From the IMG/VR virus record IMGVR_UViG_3300005326_000008, positions 1-59,634 of that record: a stretch of DNA of 59,634 bases. The stretch is one strand, 5' to 3'. Under the pieces are notes generated by a model. It did no database searches and had not been told where the DNA came from. It saw only the letters and a program-made list of their open reading frames with translations. This document shows, in pieces, positions 53,672-59,634 of the stretch. Within the stretch, counting starts at the first letter, position 1; every line of letters begins with the position of its first letter. This stretch comes from a virus (Duplodnaviria; Caudoviricetes). The translations under genes and the position numbers were made by a program.

Positions 53672-54638
53672 ATTAAAAAATCATAAATTAACATTAACAG
53701 AATTGTGTGACACATTTAAAGAAACACCAGAGAGTTTGGTGCCAATATTAGAGGGATTAAAACAATCGGGGATACCTGTTACCCTTAATACTGAACATTC
53801 TGGAGAATTAGTCTATCATATTAATGTCCAACCTCAAGCAGGGAACGTTTATGTGATAAGTCAAAAAGATTCGAAAGAAAGGAATATGAAGTTTGGACTG
53901 GCTAGCGACTTACATTTTTCAAGTCTATTTCATTTGCCTAAGACATTCCACACTGCTATGAAGATATTGGAAGATAGAGGTATTACTAGAGTTTATATTG
54001 CTGGTGACATTGTAGATGGTTATGGTATCTATCCCGGGCATCTTGAGAATCTAATAGAGGCTACAGTTGAAAGACAAACAGACGTAGCTGCCACAGAATT
54101 CTCTAAACATCCGGGCTTAGAATTTTGGGGGATAGCTGGCAACCATGATTATAGTCATACTAAGATGAATGGAGTTAGGCCATTAGCACTTATAGAAAAC
54201 AAGTGTGACAATTTCAAAAACCTTGGAGAGATAAGAGCAGATGTTATCTATCACGGAATTAGAATAAGATTATTGCATGGTGCTGGAGGTAGAAGTTATT
54301 CCTTGAGTTACCCTACGCAATGCTATCTTAGAGATTATTTCAAAGGATTAGATAGGTCAGAAATGGCTAATGTACCACATATTATGGGTGTAGGGCATTA
54401 TCATACCCAATACTTTAGCAAAGACCATGGTGTCTACATATTACAACCCGGAAGTTTCCAGAGTGGAGAAAACGAATATTGTGCGAGGAGAGGATTGACT
54501 GGGCCCAATGGTTGTTTCCTTGTAGATTGTGATTATAAGAATGGTCAGGTAACTTCATTTAGAACAGAGTACATAGAACCAGCTATAGGTTTTAAAGAAA
54601 AAGGTATGATTGCACAAGGTAAGAGGATTGATTCATGA
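53637..54638 (+). CDS. Calcineurin-like metallophosphoesterase with N-terminal wHTH
   Basis: SDLH, AGDIVDG, GNHD, LHG, GHYH. Confidence 0.9.
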   Translation: MKPQQLNTLISRLKNHKLTLTELCDTFKETPESLVPILEGLKQSGIPVTLNTEHSGELVYHINVQPQAGNVYVISQKDSKERNMKFGLASDLHFSSLFHLPKTFHTAMKILEDRGITRVYIAGDIVDGYGIYPGHLENLIEATVERQTDVAATEFSKHPGLEFWGIAGNHDYSHTKMNGVRPLALIENKCDNFKNLGEIRADVIYHGIRIRLLHGAGGRSYSLSYPTQCYLRDYFKGLDRSEMANVPHIMGVGHYHTQYFSKDHGVYILQPGSFQSGENEYCARRGLTGPNGCFLVDCDYKNGQVTSFRTEYIEPAIGFKEKGMIAQGKRIDS

Positions 54639-55492
54639 TACCCAAAACAGCATTCTTTTACTGGGGAAATGAAGATATGTCTTTCCTTAGGTATCAAACT
54701 CTCAAGAGTTTCATAAAATACAACCCTACTTGGAAAGTGGTAGTTTATCTTAGACGGGACAGACCAGCCTTCAATAATAACTTTAAAGAAGAGATGGATT
54801 ACTCATATACTATTTCTAATGACCATTTTAAAGATTTAGAACAATTACCTTTCGAAAAGAGGTTATTAGAGGAATCTAACTTACCTCAGAAGTTCTATGA
54901 TAAACTATCTACACTCACTGAAGCACAGACTAAAGATATTCTATCCTACTGGTTGCTTGCAACTGAAGGAGGATTTGTATTCGATACAGACATAATGTTC
55001 TGTGCGCCTATGCCAGAGATATCAGAAGACAAGACTCTGGCGTTAGTATGTTTTAATGGCAATCCAAAAAAAGATTATATCCCTGTTACAATTATGGGAG
55101 GCCTAAATAGATTATTTTACTTTGGGTTATTTGAAAAAGCAATTAATAAAGAACCTAACACTTATGAAGCCTATGGGACGGATTTGATTAATGAATGTTT
55201 CCAATGGGAAGGATTAACTACATTTGAAGCTATATCTCGTTTTTTCCCTACAGAGTTAATCCAATTGAATAGTAAGATTGTCTTTCCTTATGCTGAGACA
55301 GAAGTTCCATGGTTGATGTACCACACAATTACATTTGAAGGTATTGCTGACTTACCACCTGAATGTGTAGGTATACCTTGGTATGCTGGTCACAAATTGT
55401 GTCAGGATTGGAACCAGAAACTTACTAAACTGAATTTTAAGAACTATGATAGTACTATCTGCAGATTAATCAGAGAGGTAGAGCATGAATAA
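54635..55492 (+). CDS. DXD glycosyltransferase (GT32-like)
   Basis: MIPKTAFFYW, KDILSY.LL..EGGFVFDTD. Confidence 0.8.
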   Translation: MIPKTAFFYWGNEDMSFLRYQTLKSFIKYNPTWKVVVYLRRDRPAFNNNFKEEMDYSYTISNDHFKDLEQLPFEKRLLEESNLPQKFYDKLSTLTEAQTKDILSYWLLATEGGFVFDTDIMFCAPMPEISEDKTLALVCFNGNPKKDYIPVTIMGGLNRLFYFGLFEKAINKEPNTYEAYGTDLINECFQWEGLTTFEAISRFFPTELIQLNSKIVFPYAETEVPWLMYHTITFEGIADLPPECVGIPWYAGHKLCQDWNQKLTKLNFKNYDSTICRLIREVEHE

Positions 55493-56114
55493 AATATTAA
55501 AAGATTTCTGGGATATAGCCCACAAACATAAAGTTAAAGCCTACTTAACAGACATCGGTCCAACTGAACTTATAGCAGCCTTGAGACTAAACTCTATATT
55601 AGAAAATAAAAAACTAAAGATTTTAGACTTCGGATGTGGAACGGGAAATATATCAAAATTCTTTAATGAGCAAGGACACGAAGTCAGTGTGTTAGATATT
55701 AGCGAGATTGCTTTGGAGAATGCCAGACCTTATTGTAAGTATACATTCAATACAGAACAATTAACTGAAATACCTACAGGTTATTATGATTTAATCCTAA
55801 GCACGAATGTAGTACAACATATACCTACGGAGACATTAATACCTGAACTTGAAGCGTTGATAAGTTCATTAAAGTTAGAGGGATACTTTGTATTTGAATT
55901 TGTATCTAAAGAAGGTATCAAGGATAATGGATTAAACTGCCCGGAATCTACTGCTACATCTGGGACTATCTGCCGTTCACCACAATTCTTTAAAGAATTC
56001 TTTGAATCTAGAAAATGTGATTTTGAATTGGTTATGATTCATGAAAACTTGAATCTAGGTTGTATTGATGCTTGCTATTGTGCAAAGGTTACGAAGAGAG
56101 GAGAATATGAATAA
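55485..56114 (+). CDS. Class I SAM methyltransferase
   Basis: ILDFGCGTG, LDIS, VVQHIP. Confidence 0.9.
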   Translation: MNKILKDFWDIAHKHKVKAYLTDIGPTELIAALRLNSILENKKLKILDFGCGTGNISKFFNEQGHEVSVLDISEIALENARPYCKYTFNTEQLTEIPTGYYDLILSTNVVQHIPTETLIPELEALISSLKLEGYFVFEFVSKEGIKDNGLNCPESTATSGTICRSPQFFKEFFESRKCDFELVMIHENLNLGCIDACYCAKVTKRGEYE

Positions 56115-56871
56115 ACTACCAAGAGTATCTATAGTTCAATGCGTATCAACTGCATTGGATATGATGAAATTTAGTACAGACGCAATCTATAATAATTCTG
56201 GGTATGATAACTTTGATTATGTTATTGTTACTTGGTTACCTAGTGAAGATGTTTGGGAATATCTTCAGGAACTAAACTCTATAAAAGATAATGTGCATAT
56301 TGTAGTCTATAAGACTAATGATTCTATTGGTTATGTTCCGAATCTAAGAGCTATGATGAACACAGGGTTTAGTAAAGGATTTGAACTTAATGAATACTGT
56401 GGTTTAGTAAACACTGATATGTATTTTGGAAAAGATTGGTTAATTAATTTAGTTAAGTATGCTTCTGAAGATACGATAGTAAATAGCACACATGTAACAC
56501 CAATAAATGGACCTCATGTAATTACTGCTAATTGTGGGATACCTGAGTATGGGAAGTTTAATCTCGGATTATTCGATTCGCTGTATAACGCTAACTTTAA
56601 AGATGAGTTGGAAAGCGAAGAAACTAGAGGCGGATGGATGGGAACGAATACAATGCCATACCTGATACATAGAAAATATTGGGTTGAATGCGGCCCTTGG
56701 GAATTAAACCTTGTCAGTGGTCAGACTCCAGACAGAAGGTTCTTTCAAAGAATTCACGAAGCTGGGGCTATATTCACTTTATCTCATAGTTCTATAGTTT
56801 ACCACCATGAAGCAGTAGAACGAAGAGGTGCAAGGCCTAGAGGGGCTGAACATTTAAGTAATGAACCTTAG
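56107..56871 (+). CDS. Glycosyltransferase family 2-like
   Basis: PRVSIV, LVNTDMYF..DWL..L, PD, VYHH. Confidence 0.8.
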   Translation: MNKLPRVSIVQCVSTALDMMKFSTDAIYNNSGYDNFDYVIVTWLPSEDVWEYLQELNSIKDNVHIVVYKTNDSIGYVPNLRAMMNTGFSKGFELNEYCGLVNTDMYFGKDWLINLVKYASEDTIVNSTHVTPINGPHVITANCGIPEYGKFNLGLFDSLYNANFKDELESEETRGGWMGTNTMPYLIHRKYWVECGPWELNLVSGQTPDRRFFQRIHEAGAIFTLSHSSIVYHHEAVERRGARPRGAEHLSNEP

Positions 56872-56882
56872 GAGATGAAAAC

Positions 56883-57119
56883 ATGTTAGAATGGCTAAAA
56901 ATGAAACTTGATGATTATGTACAACTTTATTGGGTTGTCAAAGATTGTATCAATGAAAAGGGAGTTAGGTATTCAATTGAATATGATAATAAAAGATATT
57001 GTTGTAATTCCCTAGTATGTTCTGAAGACCCTAAAGGAGATTGTCCATTTGCTGAGTACAAAACGGAAAATAGGCCATTATGCCACAGGCAAGAATATAT
57101 CGGAGTTAAGAAACAATGA
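56883..57119 (+). CDS. Cys-rich hypothetical protein
   Basis: GGAG RBS; six Cys. Confidence 0.55.
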   Translation: MLEWLKMKLDDYVQLYWVVKDCINEKGVRYSIEYDNKRYCCNSLVCSEDPKGDCPFAEYKTENRPLCHRQEYIGVKKQ

Positions 57120-57210
57120 ATCTTGAAGAAGTAGTAACTTATGGTCTGATAGTTTTTTTAATTTTATTATTAGGGTTTAGTATTGGATTGACATTGGGGT
57201 GTTTGTATTT

Positions 57211-57819
57211 ATGACAAATAAAGAACTTGCTACATACTGGTACAACTGGGGATTAGAACATCATGAACCTTGTTGTGGGTATGGAAGCACAATTGAAGGA
57301 GCTAGTGATGCTAAAAAGTTTATAGAAAATATGTTAGAAAAGTATCAATTATGGAAGATTCTAGATTGTGGATGTGGGTATTATGGTAACTGGACTAAAG
57401 ACCTGAAAATGTTGCCTAACCAAGTGTACATAGGATTAGACATAAATGAAGAAGTCATTAACAGGAATAACCAAGAGTTTCCCGGAATGGAGTTCCATTG
57501 TAGAGACTTTGTGAATGAAAAACTCCCTAGGTTCAAAGCTATAATCTGCAGGGATGTATTATTCCATTTACCTAACGAATTTGTAATAAAAGCGTTATCC
57601 AACTTCAAAGAAAGTGGTACTACTTATCTAATCGCAACAACATTCCCTCAGGTAACAAAGAACATTGATTTACCTACCGACTATATTGGTAGCGTGGAGA
57701 AAGAATATGGTTACAGAGATATTAACCTAGAGATTGAACCTTTCAATTTGGGAGAACCTTTAGAATTTGTTGATGAGACCAAATGGACCCGGAGAGTAGC
57801 AATATGGAAAATAAATTAA
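57211..57819 (+). CDS. Class I SAM methyltransferase
   Basis: CGYGS, ILDCGCG, GLDI, CRDVLFHL, RDINLE.EPF. Confidence 0.85.
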   Translation: MTNKELATYWYNWGLEHHEPCCGYGSTIEGASDAKKFIENMLEKYQLWKILDCGCGYYGNWTKDLKMLPNQVYIGLDINEEVINRNNQEFPGMEFHCRDFVNEKLPRFKAIICRDVLFHLPNEFVIKALSNFKESGTTYLIATTFPQVTKNIDLPTDYIGSVEKEYGYRDINLEIEPFNLGEPLEFVDETKWTRRVAIWKIN

Positions 57820-58340
57820 ATCTTGGCAGCGGAGAAAGATACATTAAAGGATTTGTTAATATTGATTATTGTAAAAACACAAACCCTGATTTAATATTAG
57901 ATATCGGTAAAGAGAAATTACCATTTGAAGCAAATAGTGTTGACTTAATTGTTACTAACCACCTCCTAGAACATTTAACCAAAAAACAAGGAATATTCTG
58001 TCTGAAAGAATGTTTTAGAGTACTTAAGAAAGGTGGAGAATTTTATATTGGAATTCCTGATTTGGCAGAGATAGCCAGAATATATACTGGAGTGAAAGAC
58101 ATAGAATTAGACTTTGAAAAGTCTGATGCTTGGTTGATTGATGCTATATTTGAAACTCAAAGAGATAAAACTTTAATACATAAGTATGGTTACACTTCAA
58201 AAACTATAAGAAAACTTTTAACAGAGATTGGATTCAAAGAGAAAGAACAATTACTACCCTTAGGTGAATGGGTAAAGTTTAATGATGTTCCGACTATCTT
58301 AAATCGTTGGGGGACTTATACAGGAGTCTGGACAAAGTGA
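57804..58340 (+). CDS. Methyltransferase (type 11-like)
   Basis: KLNLGSG, VNID, HLLEHL, RVLKKGG..IPD. Confidence 0.85.
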   Translation: MENKLNLGSGERYIKGFVNIDYCKNTNPDLILDIGKEKLPFEANSVDLIVTNHLLEHLTKKQGIFCLKECFRVLKKGGEFYIGIPDLAEIARIYTGVKDIELDFEKSDAWLIDAIFETQRDKTLIHKYGYTSKTIRKLLTEIGFKEKEQLLPLGEWVKFNDVPTILNRWGTYTGVWTK

Positions 58341-58975
58341 ATAAGAAAATATTTATCACAGGATTACCTCGGTCTGGAACAACTATGTTATTATTTATGT
58401 GTACTTATTTTAATGATGTGCATGTCTATACTTCCAGAGAAGTACACCCATTCCAATTTTTCAATCAATCTATAAAAAACTTTCCAAGGACTATGGCCAA
58501 AGAACCTTATGGGTTATATCATACTACTGGCAGAGAATATACTTTTAAACAAATGATAGAAAGGAATTACAAGATTATAGTCTGCCTTAGAGACCCAAGG
58601 GATGTTCTAGTATCTAAACATAAAAATGATATGAGCAGATATTGGGTTGAACCTGTTTGGATTGAAAGGTGTCTAAATGATTTGTTGCCATTAAAGGAAC
58701 ATCCGAATATTATCATAATAAAATATGAGGATTTGGTATTAAACCCTAAAGTAGAAATGGAAAGGTTATCACAATTTTTAGGGTTAACATTAAGAGAAGG
58801 GTATCTAAATTTTCATACTCACCCAGATACTAAGAAATGGAATTCATTAGGGCAGATTAGAGCAGTAGAGCCTAGTCGGGTAAAGAACTGGCAAAACCCA
58901 GAACATGCGGAAAGGTTGAAGAAAGATTTAAATAGTAGGATAATATCACTTATGAAAGAATTCGGTTATGTTTAA
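58337..58975 (+). CDS. Sulfotransferase family protein
   Basis: ITGLPRSGTT (5'-PSB), RDPRDVLVS (3'-PB), KYEDLV. Confidence 0.85.
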   Translation: MNKKIFITGLPRSGTTMLLFMCTYFNDVHVYTSREVHPFQFFNQSIKNFPRTMAKEPYGLYHTTGREYTFKQMIERNYKIIVCLRDPRDVLVSKHKNDMSRYWVEPVWIERCLNDLLPLKEHPNIIIIKYEDLVLNPKVEMERLSQFLGLTLREGYLNFHTHPDTKKWNSLGQIRAVEPSRVKNWQNPEHAERLKKDLNSRIISLMKEFGYV

Positions 58976-58986
58976 AGGAGGGTAAG

Positions 58987-59274
58987 ATGGCAGAAGAGGT
59001 ATACGATTATATTTGTTCAATCGGAGAAATCGTCGACAAACTTTCTATTGAGAATATTAAATGTTTTAAAGCTAATGAGAAAGCTATTGCCGAACGTAAG
59101 AAAGAACATCCTGATGTAAGTATCTTGGCAGAATGCGAGTTTAATGCGCGGAAGGCTGGAGAACAAAGAGTCAGGCTTAAAGACGAACTCAACAAACGAA
59201 TTGCTGAGGCTATCAAAAGAGGACATATCAATACAGCACCAGAAGTTAGGACTTATGATATGAAAGGTCTATGA
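58987..59274 (+). CDS. DUF4254-like helical protein
   Basis: SIGEIVDKLSIENIK..QRVRLKDELN. Confidence 0.6.
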   Translation: MAEEVYDYICSIGEIVDKLSIENIKCFKANEKAIAERKKEHPDVSILAECEFNARKAGEQRVRLKDELNKRIAEAIKRGHINTAPEVRTYDMKGL

Positions 59275-59492
59275 GCTTAGAAATGAAAATCTCAAAATTA
59301 ATTTGCCCGGAGTGCGATAGTGATAATATTTCTGTAACGTTAGAAAAGGAAACTAATCCGGAGATTACTCAAACAATAGACTCTTGGGCTGCTGAGCCTT
59401 ACTGGGGTACGTCTGAAAGAGATGGGTATGTCAAAACAAAGTATACCGCAACATGTTTGAATTGTGGGTATAAAAAAACTAAGGTGATATAA
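59271..59492 (+). CDS. Zinc-ribbon protein
   Basis: CPEC...CLNC. Confidence 0.65.
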   Translation: MSLEMKISKLICPECDSDNISVTLEKETNPEITQTIDSWAAEPYWGTSERDGYVKTKYTATCLNCGYKKTKVI

Positions 59493-59634
59493 TGCCACCA
59501 AGCCAGAATCCAAAAGAGGGAGATGAAATATTATTAGAGGAAATTTATAAAGTACCTTACCCAATAGTTCTAGATATTGGAGCTGGCGATGGAAAGTGGG
59601 GTTCACTAATCGACAAAGAGAGAATAAAATCTAT
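59492..59634 (+). CDS. Class I SAM-dependent methyltransferase, 5' part (continues across the origin to 541)
   Basis: GGTGA RBS, then ATG at 59492. Translates MPPSQNPKEGDEILLEEIYKVPYPIVLDIGAGDGKWG, with SAM motif I VLDIGAGDG; in frame with 164..541. Confidence 0.85.
   Translation, partial: MPPSQNPKEGDEILLEEIYKVPYPIVLDIGAGDGKWGSLIDKERIKS
59512..59634. repeat. Terminal direct repeat, copy 2
   Basis: Identical to 1-123. Confidence 0.95.

Noticed and set aside
53637-54638. DNA polymerase D small subunit
   Set aside because: Only the phosphoesterase motifs are present, with no evident OB domain and no DP2 gene; called a generic metallophosphoesterase.
55485-58340. DNA methyltransferases
   Set aside because: No (D/N)PPY or PC catalytic motifs; the context is glycan modification.
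1-59634. CRISPR array, complete DGR, integrase/att site, alternative genetic code
   Set aside because: I saw no regularly spaced repeats, no RT or recombinase motifs, and all three stop codons end well-packed genes.

Overview
This is an apparently complete circular genome of about 59,511 bp; the first 123 nt are repeated exactly at the end. It belongs to a tailed, siphovirus-like archaeal virus. The host is probably a DPANN archaeon (Woesearchaeota/Pacearchaeota-like), inferred from BRE-TATA promoters, GGTGA/GGAGG ribosome-binding sites, an Hjc resolvase, a Ser-His S26 peptidase, Sm-like and CC1-like proteins and a DPANN-type S-layer domain. Transcription runs in two arms diverging at ~35.42 kb and converging at ~1.95 kb. 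The minus arm carries small accessory genes, terminase, portal, capsid, neck and tail genes, and ends in an S26 peptidase / lipid-anchored S-layer protein / holin-like cassette. The plus arm carries acidic early genes, nucleic-acid proteins and a glycosyl-/methyl-/sulfotransferase cluster. I recognised no DNA polymerase, primase, helicase, integrase, reverse transcriptase, tRNA or CRISPR array. Unusual points: a large glycan-modification kit beside a captured S-layer protein; a catalytically dead DNA-ligase domain apparently split by two glycosyltransferase genes; a dead RNase HII; an orphan DGR-type variable region; several structured RNA candidates, including a repeated covarying hairpin at early RBSs, alongside a viral Sm protein; and a ~10 kb CTAG-free early region. 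All family assignments are by-eye motif recognition, not database results.
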